A stretch of 52,918 nucleotides of DNA from Chromera velia (lineage: Eukaryota), in assembly GCA_018398765.1 (NCBI GenBank), contig JAHBMJ010000241.1, forward strand, positions 1-52,918, read 5' to 3'. Below the pieces are notes generated by a model, which did no database searches, was not told the DNA's origin, and saw only the letters and a program-made list of their open reading frames with translations. Positions 25,840 through 37,574 of the stretch are shown piece after piece. Each line of letters begins with the position of its first letter. The first letter of the stretch is position 1. The translations under genes were made by a program, and so were the position numbers.

Positions 25840-26241
25840 ATATACCGCGTTCAGCTGAAATTTGTACAGCGCACTTGATTCAGATTAATTTTGGACGAAA
25901 AAAAATGAGTTTTGAAATGCATGCTGGGGGCCTCCAACATATTGGGGAAGGGGCCCTGGCACTCCACTTGCATGCCCGACGACTTTCCGGGGCCTGATTC
26001 AATTTATTCGAAATTCAGATTCAGATCTGACAGACTGAATTTCGTCAGATCTAAATCTGAATTTCAAATAAATTGAATCGGGCCCTGGAAAGTCGTTGGG
26101 CATAGAAGTAGAGTGCCGGGGCCCCTTCCCCAACATGTTGGGGGCCCCCAGCATGCATCTGAAAACTTTTTTTTTTCAAAAAAATAAATCCCGAATCGCA
26201 TCCTGTGACGAAATTGCAAAATTCAAGTGTACGCGGTATAT
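25840..26241. mobile_element. ~400-bp foldback (two diverged ~190-bp inverted arms, short loop near 26030-26045), MITE-like
   Basis: Ends ATATACCGCGT ... ACGCGGTATAT. Internal pairing includes GGGGAAGGGGCCC/GGGCCCCTTCCCC and GATTCAATTTATT/AATAAATTGAATC. Confidence 0.8.
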
Positions 26242-26819
26242 TGATAACAATGTCATCGCAGATGCAAAAGCAAAGGGACCAAATTTGTAGTGATGATTGG
26301 CAGAAGACAGATCTTCCGATTCTCATCATCAAATTTTCAAAAATTTTCGAGAAACACTGCGGATGGAATTTCTCTTTTCAGGTCCTCACCTTTTGGTTTT
26401 TTGGTAGGAGGAGGATCTCCCCGTCCAGAGCCGTCAGGAGACTCTCCCGTATATATCATGTACTCATGGCATTCTAGGGTTCGATTGCGATCAATTCATA
26501 CGGCCTTCGGTCCTGAGTCTCAGGGATTCATAACTGTGCTGCACCATGACCAGCGACCTGAACCGGTGCATGAAAGTCTCTCAGGGAAATGTTTGGTCGA
26601 TACCAGTCCAAGTTGAGTGAACGTGTTTGGGTTATTTGGTATTCTCTCGTCACCGCTCAGGCTGGCCGAAGGAGTTGTGATACACAGGAATCGATCATCA
26701 AGGCAGCAGCTATATAGAGAGAGAAACTTTTAAGCTCCTCCAGCATCCTTCAGCTGATTAAGACGTCTCATGCTAGTCCATGCATGCAGTATCCATACAT
26801 GCAGTGCTAAAAAAAAAGG

Positions 26820-27092
26820 CGTATGGCCCCGGAAAGCGAAGCGGGGGGCACTTAGAAAACAAAAATACCCCAGCCCACGTGTATGCACGCTGTCTTTCGG
26901 CAAAAACCCGGCCCCGAAAGGCTGAATGTGCGCCATGCGTGCGTCAGATGGGGCGCTTACCCCCGGGCTTTTTTCCTGGGCGGGGGGAGAGTTCCGCGGC
27001 TTTTCCCGCGAGGGGGGNGGGGGGGGGCGGTCGACTGGCCGGCGTGCGTCAATCGTGCAGTTGTCATTTTTCTTGCTTTCCGGGGCCGTTCG
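26820..27092. repeat. Small GC-rich inverted-repeat element built on GGCCCCGGAAAGC; the left end recurs at 36965-36996 and 37021-37050
   Basis: CGTATGGCCCCGGAAAGC at the left and GCTTTCCGGGGCCGTTCG at the right. ATGGCCCCGGAAAGCGAAGCGGGGGGCACTTA is identical at 26823 and 36965. Confidence 0.65.
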
Positions 27093-27107
27093 CAAGCTTG
27101 CTTGCGT

Positions 27108-27132
27108 CAGATGCATGCATGCATGCATGCAG
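27108..27132. promoter_or_regulatory. TGCATGCA tandem array upstream of PAP; similar clusters at ~8410-8510 (before GNT1) and ~36760-36792 (before the ARH gene)
   Basis: (TGCA)n runs sit a few hundred bp upstream of start codons. TGCATGCA is a known ApiAP2-bound motif in apicomplexans. Function here is inferred. Confidence 0.45.
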
Positions 27133-27494
27133 GAGCGCGCGCGCGCGCAGGTTGCTCTATAGCTTTTTTGTCAACTGTAAAAGGAGGGGGGGGGTATGCA
27201 CAAAAATCCTTTGTAAGCCCGGCCATGCATCGATCTCAATTCATCTCTCTCCGAATCAGTGTGACATGCCATCTGGACACTGTATAGCTGAGAGTGGCTC
27301 GCTGTCTTCTGTTTTGATCGGTTTGTCCACATGCAGCTCGATCCAACTGTAGTGAATTTAACCGAAGTGAGTGAACTCCGCAAAGTTTTGCCATCCCGTC
27401 TCGGTTTTCTGCCTTCTTCATTTCAAATTAACAAGTGCGCTGCTGGACTGCCAGAGAGCTATTTTCAAAGCCAGTGAGGTAAAGAAAGGAAGCA

Positions 27495-29147
27495 ATGGAT
27501 ACTGGCGAGAGGGATCCCAGACACGGGGTCACTGGTGCGAAAACTTTGGAGGGCCCCAATGAGTATGGTCTGGAACTTTCCTTGAAAATGCACGAAGAAC
27601 TGAAGAATTTGCACACTTTCGAGACAGAGGAAAATCTGGAGAGGCGCAAGAATGTCCTTCGACACTTATCCAAGATGGTGAAAGACTGGGTCTATGAAAC
27701 AGCAGTGAGCAAGGGCCTCCCGGACGATGTCGCGAGGGCGGCTGGCGGAGGAATTTTCGCTTTTGGGTCTTACCGTCTCGGCGTCGTTCTGAAGGACGCA
27801 GATGTTGACGCCCTTCTGCTTGCCCCCAAGCACGCGGATCGAGACTCTTTCTTCGAGACATTTCAAAAGAAGCTCTCGGAGACTAAGGCGGTCAAAAACA
27901 TCGTTCCTGTTGCCGGTGCACACACCCCTGTCATCAAATTTACCTTTGCCGGGGTGGACATTGATTTGGTGTTCGCCTCCCTGCCCATAGACCGGATCGA
28001 CCCCACACAAGGCGTGGGGGACGATAATATCGTCAGCGGTCTCACTGATGTACGTCGAGCTCTCGTGTTCGACTTTCTGTATGTGCGTGAGAGCCATGTA
28101 TGTTCGCTTAGTGAACGTCCGGTGTGAACGTGTCCTTGGTTCTCTTCGTGAATGGTTCCAATACGATTTTGTTGCCCCCTTGCAGCTCGTCTCTTCCGTC
28201 TGCCGAAGATTCCGTCTCTAAATCGATCAATGATTCCTCTGAAGTCTTTGAGCCGCCCCATGGGTTTGCCCCTTCTCTCTATGCGTCTATGTCTGACGCC
28301 GTTTCTCTCCACCTTTCCACCTTCCCCTATGCCTATCCCGCTGCCTGTTTCACCTGCCGGCTGCCTCTCTGTCTCATCCCTGTAGCCTGTCCACCAGGTG
28401 CACCTGAAAGAGAGAGAGCGAGCGTGGGAAATGATGGGTGCCCTAGATCTGACACAGCTGTGCCTGCATGGCATCACGACTCACTCCTGTGTACAGAGGA
28501 GAGACGCATAGAACCCGCGCGTATGTTTGCGAATGCAGGGGATGACTCGTAGTGTGAACGGTGCCAGAGTCGCAGAGAAGATCATCGAGCTGATTCCCAA
28601 CTACGATAGCTTCAGAGAGGCTCTCTACCTTGTCAAAGTATGGGCCGTCCGGAGGGGTATCTACGGAAACAAGTGGGGGTATCTGGCGGGTGTCACGTGT
28701 GCACTCCTGGTCGCGAGGGTGTGCCAGTTGTTTCCGAACTTCAGTCCGGCCCAGCTGGTGGCGTGCTTCTTTGAGTTCTACAGAAGGTGTGTCTGTTTGA
28801 CTGTATCGTGGTGGCGTGCTTCTTTGAGTTCTACAGAAGGTGTGTCTGTTTGACTGCATCGAACTTCCAAAGTACCATCAAAACTGTCCGTCCGATGTGT
28901 TTTGAGCAACACCATCCCCTCTTGGTCTCCGTCGAAGAATTTCAATTTTCCTTTCAAAGTAAAAAGCTGATCGTGGCGGGATTTCTCTCAATCATGTTTC
29001 CGATGCCTGTTTTTGAACGTTCTTTTTGCACTGTCGGAAAGTCTTTTCCTCCCGTCTCTTGGCTTCCATAAAACGAAGGTCAGACGCGCTGTTGTTCTCT
29101 CTCTCTTTCTTTTTTTTTCTCTCTCTCTTTCTCTCTCTCTTTCCCTT

Positions 29148-29185
<38 letters not shown>

Positions 29186-30394
29186 TGTCTGTCTGTCTGT
29201 CTGTCTGTGTGCGTATGTATGTACTTGACGGTGTGAGCGTTTCATCTATACATCCAGACACGACTGGAGGAGGCCGATCACTCTGAAGGACATCAATCAA
29301 GACTACGCAAAGCAGATGGAAGAGGGATTCTCTCATCACCGAGTATGGAATCCAAAGCAAGACAAAAAAGTCAGTGAGTCAGTCAGTCTTGCTTTTGTCC
29401 TTTTTTCGTTCATTCTTTCTTTCTTTCCAGACCTTCCGAGAGACATTGCAGCGAGGGCGGATTGTTGTGGGGATTTGGTGGGTGGGTCTGAGTGGTCTGT
29501 CTTGCATAGTGCCGACTGCACACGTGTCAGCTAAGTTTTTCGTATATTCGCAGCTGCGCATCGTTAGCTGCGTCTTCTTATGTCTTTTCGTGTTTTTCGT
29601 CCGGCCTCTTTTCTCTCCACGGATTGCAAAAGTACCAGAAAGGAATCCAGAGCACTTTCTGCGAAATTTTCGATGCATCTGAAACAAAAGATATATCTCA
29701 TTCGTCCCCTCCCCCCACACCCGTCCCTCCTGCTGCCTCTTTTTCAGGACTTCCAACACAAGATGCCTGTGATCACTCCTGCATTCCCCGGGATGAACTC
29801 AACCCATAACGTGTTCACCAGCACTCTGGAAGCGATGAAACGAGAATTCAAAAGGGGAGCAGAGATCACAGGGGTAAGTTCTTTCTTTCTTTCTTTCTTT
29901 TCTTTCTTTCTTTCTTTTCTTTCTTTCTTTCTTTCTTTCTTTTCTTTCTTTCTTTCTTTCTTTCTTTCTTTTCTTTCTTTCTTTCTTTCTTTCTTTCTTG
30001 CTTGCTTTCTTGCTTTCTTGCTTTCTTTCTTTCTTTCTTTCCTTCCTTCCTTCCTTCCTTCCTTCTTTCCTTCTTTCCTTCTTTCCTTCTTTCTTTATCT
30101 GTTTTGCTTGTGGATGTTGGTCTTGTGATGACGAATGTGTTCTTCTTTTTTCCAGTTGACTCTTTTCAGCATTGGCTTCTTCCAGTCAGGCTCTTGCTGC
30201 AACAGTAAAACCATTTTGCTTTCAAAGAAATCGAAAGGAGACTCTTTGACACTTTCAACTGTGGTTTCTCTGTCCGAAGATGGGAAACCGTCGAGGCAGT
30301 CGATGAGAGCACCTCTCCCCTCCCCCCTCTCTTTCTCTCTCTCTCACTTCCTCTCTCCTTCTCTCCCTCCCTCCCTCCCTCATTCTCTCTCTCC

Positions 30395-30437
<43 letters not shown>

Positions 30438-33400
30438 GCCCCCCGATGCAGTCCCTGATTGCAGACGATGCCAACAGAAAAACCCGAGAAGACGTTTACT
30501 CCACCCAGCAGGCCCCGTCTTCGACGCCCAACACGTCTCCTACGGGAAAGCCCATTTTGCCCTCTGCCCCTGCCTCTATGTGGAAACGTCTCCTCGTCGA
30601 GGCAAAGACGGAGGTCTTCAGAGACCACCGCCACTTCCTCGAGGTGCGCGTCGTCGGACATACCGAAAAGGTCAGTCAGCGGGTGGGTGGGTGGCATGGG
30701 GAGGTGCGTGGTAAATTTCGACAGAGAGAGCCGTGTGGATGGGGGATGAACTGCATTTTGGTGCTGCGCTATTCGGAGAGACTTTGAAGGAAAGTCCTCA
30801 TCACACACGATCTGCTTTCTCCGAGAGGGGCATCAGTGTGTACCTCTGTGGATGAGAGAGGGAGTGAGGGGGGGGTAACTGTGGTTTGTGTTCAAATGAG
30901 CGTGAACGTCGCGTACGTACCTACCACCTGTGTGCATTCCACTCAACACGGTTTGGATCGGAAATCGATACCTCTTCTTCTTCTTCTTCCTCTTTTTCTT
31001 TCTTCTTCTTCTTCTTCTTCTTTTTCTTTCTTCTTCTTCTTCTTCTTCTTCTTCTTCTTCTTCTTCTTCTTCTTCTTGGTGTCTGTCTATGCACGGAGCA
31101 TGCAGCTGTATGACCAGTGGAAGGGGTTCGTGGAGAGTCGAGTGCGGTTTCTGTACATGGCTTTAGAGACGAACGTCCATGGATACGAGACGACGCTGCG
31201 ACCGTGGCCAGAGTGGTTCAAGGACCCCACTGTGGTCAGTCAGTCAGTCAGTCAGTCAATCGGTTGTTCGTGCCACACCTGTACACACTCTGTTGTAGCT
31301 GAAGAACTAGATCTGCATTGTGGACTTGAAAATCACTTTTGGAGGTTTGTTTTTTTTTTCTGTCTGCCCGACTCCTTTCGGGTTTGATGATGTGACTGCT
31401 CGATATATGCAGATTTTTGGCCTCCTTTGTGAACAGGGAAAATGGACGGCTGGCAGCTCTTTGGTACAAGGCAGGTATTTGGAATAGATACATGAGGAGG
31501 GAGAGCTCAGAAAATCCATGAGAGAAGCACTTTGGTTCTCTGTGTCTATCTTCCGTTTCCTTCGTCTCGAATTCTGCAGGCAGCTCCAGCGAAGGCGTGT
31601 ATCACCTACTGTGCAATGACGTTCAAGCCGAAGGATGAGGCGTTGGCAAATTCGCAGCCTGTGAATCTGAGACATCATATTGCGGTGGGTTGCTTTGTTC
31701 TCTCTGTCTCGCGTCTGTTCTTCGCCTTTTTACTCTCGGGGTTTTGAGATTTCGTGCCTCTTGGTTCGTTCGTTGTTCTGGGCTGCCCGGGTCTCCTCCT
31801 TCCATCTCTTCTCTTTCTGCCTTTCCCCTTCTCGTCTTTTTCTTTCTTTGTTTTTCCTCTCGTCTTTTCCTCGCGTCGCGCCTCTCAATTTCTTCTTTTG
31901 TGGGGTCCGGGGGCAATTTCAAGATGCGACTTTCTTCCTTTGTTATTTTCAATCAGTTACTTACTTATACGTCCTCTCTTTGCTGACGGTGCTTGCAGAA
32001 TTTCACTACCGACCTCCAGAAACATTGGGTAGGTTTCAAGTAATTCTTTCTGCCTTTCTTCCTTCCTTTCTTTTCTTGTTTTGTTCAACTGTTGCTTTTC
32101 TCCTTTGCGCTGATTTTTGAGCTTTGGGCGTGCGGGAGCGGGGAGGGGTTGGGTACGTGCTTGTCTGTCTGAGTGATGATCTGTGGGCGTGTTTCGCTCC
32201 TTCCCTGAATCTCGTCCCCGTTTTGTGTGAACTCCCTCGAGCTTCCTGTCAACTTTGGTTCCATTAGAGGGTCCCAAACAAAAGATCTGAGCTTGTGTTC
32301 ACATCCTTCTGTATTTGGTTTGCCCTCTACTCTGTGTGTTTGCTTATCTCTACCGGCTTCCTCTGTCTTTCTGCTTACTGCCTGCTGCGAGGTTTTTCTG
32401 CAGAAAATTCAAGGGGGTACGCAAATGCAGCTGTCGAACCACGAAGTTGAGATCAAAATCTGCCACAAGCCCCGGAAGGAGATCCCAGACTTCATCAAAC
32501 AGGCTTTGTCGAGCTCCACACACAGCAACAAGACCCCCGCAGCCTCGCCTGCGTCCGTCCTGTCACCCCCCCCGGGAACGACACCGTCCCCCCCGGGTCC
32601 TGCTGCCGCTCCAGTGACTGGTCCGGGAGTTCTCTCTGCATCTGCATCAACAGAGCTTCTCCCCCCCCCTGCTGCTGCTGCCTCTGCCGGTGCTGTAGGG
32701 GGTATGCCGGAGGAGGGGAGCATGCAGATGCAGGACTTCTCAGGCTACCAAGAGGGAGACGTCCAGGATGCTGCAGGACTTGACATGTCTCTTCTTCGTC
32801 AGATGCTTCAGCCAGACGAGGGGGCAGAGGGCGGGGGGGGAAGTGGCGACGCCAACGGAGCTCTGCCATCTCTGTCGGGTGGAGTGAATGGAGAGTCCGC
32901 CGACAGCGCTGCGGGACTCGAAGAGCACGAGGGGGGTGGGAGGAAGAGACGCGCAGGTACGTCAGATGGAGACAACGACAGAAAGAAAATTTGTCACTCA
33001 CAGGAACGTAAAGAGAGACCAGCTTCTTCAAGAGACAGAAGAAGGCACAACGGCAAGAGCAGAAGAGACCTACAGCTGCTGTTGAAAAAGAGTAGGACAG
33101 GGACGGACACACGCACAGGCGCATGTCGAAGTGTACGAGAAGAGCGAGCGAGAAATAACCAGGGCACGATAAGTTCCACCCAGCGGAAGGGGGTTGCTTT
33201 CCCCTCAGACGCAGAGAAGAGTTCTCCTTCCAATCGAAAACTGACACCCCCTTTTATATGCTTTCTTGTGCCCTTCATTCTCTTACATCTTTTCCCTCCC
33301 GTTTGTTTGCCTTTCGGGATTTCTTTTGACGATTTCGTCGTCCTGCGTTTTTACTTTTGCTTCTGCACGGTTCGATTAGCCCTTCTCACCAACGGGAAGC

Positions 33401-33708
33401 CCGGCCCGACACTTGATCAAGTCATCTGCTGTTCATCACGCCTCTTCAATCAATTGTATGCAGAGGAGAGAGGGGACGATGCAACACAGGCAGAGTTCGG
33501 GGACGCGGCACCATCCTCTGCCAAGAAGCCGCGAGAGACACATCCAGACGAAGAGGGGGAACAGAGACAAGCTGATGCGCCCATGGGCGGTGAGGAAGGA
33601 GCAGGGGCGTCCGCCACGGAGACACGGAAGCCAGTAGCGAAGCAACCCCCGCCAGCATCTAGAGGCCCGCCAAAGATTTCCGTCAAGCTGAAGCCCAAAA
33701 AGAAATGA
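27495..33708 (+). CDS. PAP: Canonical nuclear poly(A) polymerase. Predicted exons: 27495-28049, 28539-28786, 29258-29369, 29748-29873, 30452-30670, 31106-31234, 31580-31684, 31999-32028, 32404-32956, 33464-33708
   Basis: Motifs FGSYRLGV...ADVD, PVIKF.F.GVDIDLVFA, RSVNGARV, VKVWA.RRGIYGNKWGYLAGV, VWNP, MPVITPAFP.MNSTHNV and WKGFVESRVRFL. Low-complexity C-terminus with basic NLS-like stretches. All splice phases are consistent. Confidence 0.95.
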
Positions 33709-35140
33709 CAGCTGCATGGAACCAGTATGGTAGAGAGTTTCAGAAATGAGAATCAAAGACGCGACATAGACACTCATGTCTGTAGACCCTGGCTTGTATT
33801 TTTGATTTTAAACTAGTTTAAACCGTCCAACTACGTCCAACCTTGCAGACTTAATGCAGAGGCCCGTGCCGATTCACTGCTGAAGCTTTTAACTAGGCTT
33901 TTAACTCTAGTTCTAACTTGAGATGTATTTTAGGATATGATTGAGATGTTCAGATTCTTCAGAAGTACTCACCATATTTTATGATACTTCTGTTTAAATT
34001 CTCATATCATTTTCTAGTAAATTCTTATCAAATTTCCTAGGTCTTTGACTTAAATTTGAAGATCTTCTAAAGTATGATTCTTTTGTGTACTTTTGTCTAG
34101 ACTTTTGTTGTAAATCCTATTACGTCAGTCTGTCAGTTAGTTAGTCGGTCACTGAGGGTCAGTCACTCATGAACTAGTTGATTATTTTTAGTATTTTACT
34201 AGTGTGCCAATTCATAGATGCTGACGGGTTGCACAAGCTTCTTTGCAGACCCCGACCACGCCCTTAACTCCCCCCTCCTGTGGCATGCCCACAATGCTTG
34301 AGGCAAAGCCAATCGAGTAAGGGAGAGACTTCTCAAATACCCCCCTATTCTGACACTGAGAATCTCTCCTATGGGCTTCAGCCCAACGGCTGCAAGGGTG
34401 GGAAACACAAAAGAATTCCAGGGCACACGGAGAGAACTATAGCAGTTTATTTAATATTGATTCTAGCACTGATTCCTACTATACTGATTCTAATTAAATG
34501 AAAGTTAATAAAGGAAATTACTAGTGAACTAGCTAGTGAAATTAATATAAACTAATTATCTTTTCTCGATTTTGTCTAGGATTTTGTTCTGTAAGCCGAG
34601 CTATAGCCTTCATCTTTTTTGTGATCATCTTTTTTGTGATCGTCAACGTTTTTCCACTCAAAACGAAAAAAAGGCTTTCTTGCATTGGATATATATTCAA
34701 CATTATGACAACATTAGACAACATAAAAACTAATCAATAATATGTTCACCAACAATCATTGATCATGATATGAATGAACGGACATGATAATGTTGCTAGC
34801 TAGTTGCTAGTAATGCCAGTTTTGGCACTGCCAGTATGTTGTTAGCAGTGTTGCTAGAAGTGGTGTGATCTAGGCTGCAACGGTGTCGGACCATGAGTTG
34901 CAACCTGTGACATTCTGCTGTCCTAACTTCAAACCGCGTATTGGAAAAGATTGTTTGACGCACAGCAATGCCAGCGTGAAATTGCCGCCGTGAATCGGGG
35001 GTGAATTGTTTTCGGACGGACCCCTGTGTCTGCATTGCGATATAGCAATGCCATGCCGCTGGCAGTGGTAGTTGCAGGAGGACCTGGCATTCATACAGCG
35101 ATTCAGCTGGATCCATCCACACACTTCATGCAATGCCCCT

Positions 35141-36492
35141 TTACAGCTTTCCCAGCAACCCTTCCACCTCCCCCCGCTGAGCAAACTTTGCCTTCCACTC
35201 CTCAGGCACACCGTACACGGCACCGAGGAGGGCCCCCACCGCAGTCGCACGGCTGCAGTTGTCCCCCCCGGCCAGGAGCGTTGCCCTGACTCCCGACTCG
35301 AACGAGGTCGCATTCAGAGCTGCGTGGAGCACACCCATGAAAGCCTGAGGGTTGGCACACGACAGGCCCATAAAGGCCTTGCCGGGTGCCGTCTCCTCCC
35401 CGTACTCGAGAAGCATCTCGTGTGTGGGCTTCGACAGCGAGGCCTCGACGCGGGTGACTGCGTCGGAAAGCGAGGGCGGCACGCCTGATGCCTCCTTCAG
35501 TTTCGACCAGGCCTCGCCCACAGTCACGAACCCGTCTGTGTCGACAATAATCTGAAGGAGACGGGCAACAACCAGGGCGCAGTCACGAGCCATGTCGTGA
35601 TTCTGATGTGCAGTGACCATCACTTCCAGGTTCTTCTCCATGTCCGAGGAGGACTTCCACTTCCCAACTGCAAGAGGGACCTTGCCGAAGCACTGGCCCT
35701 GGTTATCGTCTGCCCCGCAGTCGGGGTAGGTCTTTCCCTCCTCCATCTTCTGGAGGAAATCCTTCGTGGCATGATCCACGCGGCCCTTGTAGGAGGAGAA
35801 CCACTGTTGGAAGGAGACGGCAAACTCGGGGCCTTGGAGGGGACCTTCAGGGAGAGCGGACACGAGAGAGAGCATGCCGAAGATCTGCTCACCGTACGGA
35901 GACAGCTGGCCCGTCGAGTAGTGTCCTGGGAAATCCTTTGGCCCGTAGAACGGGCAAGAGGGTGTCTCGAAATACTCGGGGGTGTCCTGTTTGAACATGC
36001 GAAGAAAAGATGATACGTCCATGCAACAGGAAAATGTTAGGCACGTGTTCAGGCATGCTATCGCAAGAGGACAGCCAAACTTGGAGGGGGCAAGATACAG
36101 AGGATAAGTGCTCAAATTCCTTGGGCGTAGACAAGTGACGGAGGAAATGGGTGCAGTTATCGAAAGAGAAATGGAAAGTGTAGAAACGTGGCACCTTGAC
36201 TCAAATTGTCTGACCTTTTTCTCTCCGAGAATTTCCAACAGCTTCTGCCTGTCGTAGTTCCAGTGCGCGGGCATGCAGGCTGCAACATGACGATGTGATG
36301 CACTCTTCATGCAGCCACGGATCTGGGAGGACCTTTCCGAATGCGTCAGAAATGGTGACACAGATGTACATATATATCCATTACCATCTTTGCGTGAAAA
36401 ACAACGAGGGTCATGCAGGCTTAATACAGACCTGCATCTCCAACCAGAGCCCCCATGACAGCCTCGCGTCTTCTCTTGAGGGATTCGGACAT
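35141..36492 (-). CDS. ADP-ribosylglycohydrolase family protein, crystallin J1/selenoprotein J-like (Cys form), 323 aa. Predicted exons: 36492-36432, 36279-36215, 35986-35141
   Basis: Spliced N-terminus MSESLKRRREAVMGALVGDAACMPAHWNYD, then PEYF..PSCPFY, TGQLSPYGEQ, GADDNQ, GLSCANPQAF, AGGDNCSRA..VGALLGA and GVPEEWK. Confidence 0.9.
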
Positions 36493-37574
36493 TGGAACGC
36501 TGGTGTTACACCCCATTAATTCTATGAACCTCTCAGGTAGCTTTCTGTACAGCCCCGTCTACCGCTGCTGTCCGGTTCAAGAAAATGTGTTCGGCAGCTG
36601 TGGCCCTTTGGTTGATCTCAATGCGGTCCCAACGAGAATTTGTGTTCGACACCGTGCACTGATTGGATCGGCAGAGAGCAATGCTGACAGTGCAGAAGGT
36701 CAGGCTGAGAAGGAAAAATGCTGTCACAGATGAGGAAATCGCCTCGGGATTCATGCAAGAAACATGCATGCATGCATGCATGCACGCATGCAGGCCGCGG
36801 CACAATTAAGTTTTTTCGGGCCGCGCGGGCTGAACAGGGCCCCGGCATGCCCCAACTGCGCATGCATGGGCCCAAATCGCGGGTACACACCACGGCGCTA
36901 TATTGGCGCGCCAGGGCCGCTGCTTAGCCTCTAGCTAATCAAAAACTGTGAGAGAAAGTCACAGATGGCCCCGGAAAGCGAAGCGGGGGGCACTTACCAA
37001 ACAATCCTCTGAGCCCACACATGGCCCCGGAAAGCGAAGCGGGGAGCACTATGGGGGCACTTACCAAACTTTCCCCACGGTGGCATCATCACCCCCCTTA
37101 TCCTATTTGGAACCTCTACCTTTTTTGGCGGTGGCGTCCAGAGGCTGCAAGCCCAAAATAAATAACCCCGGAGGTTTTTGTGGTGGCGGTCTAACCTATC
37201 AACAAAACCGGGGTTCGTTTTGTATATATAGAGGACTCCACGATATCCTCCACCTCCCTCCAACTCTCATAGTCCTTCACCTTGTCTGGGCTCCTTTGCC
37301 ATTTGCACGCCCCTTAGATCCCTCCAGCCTCTAGCATGACGACTGAAAAAGAGGAAACAAGAGTTCAAAAGTTGTTCAACGCTGCATGTCAGAGGCTGAA
37401 TGTCAGTCAAAAGTGAACTTGCTTGCATGGTGCATCCGCATGCCAGCTCTGAGAGTCAAAGAATACAAGATAGGCTGCATTAATTTGCCCCCCAATGAAT
37501 ATAGCATGGATGAGTGAGCTAACGAGGAGATCTTAAGCTCTCGTAACCTTGCCCTTCGGCTGAAGTGATTCCTC

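Noticed and set aside
36533..36805. Signal-peptide exon for the ARH gene (MNPEAISSSVTAFFLLSL...)
   Set aside because: The ATG at 36492 already gives a complete family-typical N-terminus. The upstream ORF overlaps the TGCA-rich promoter region and has no supporting homology, though a spliced extension cannot be fully excluded.
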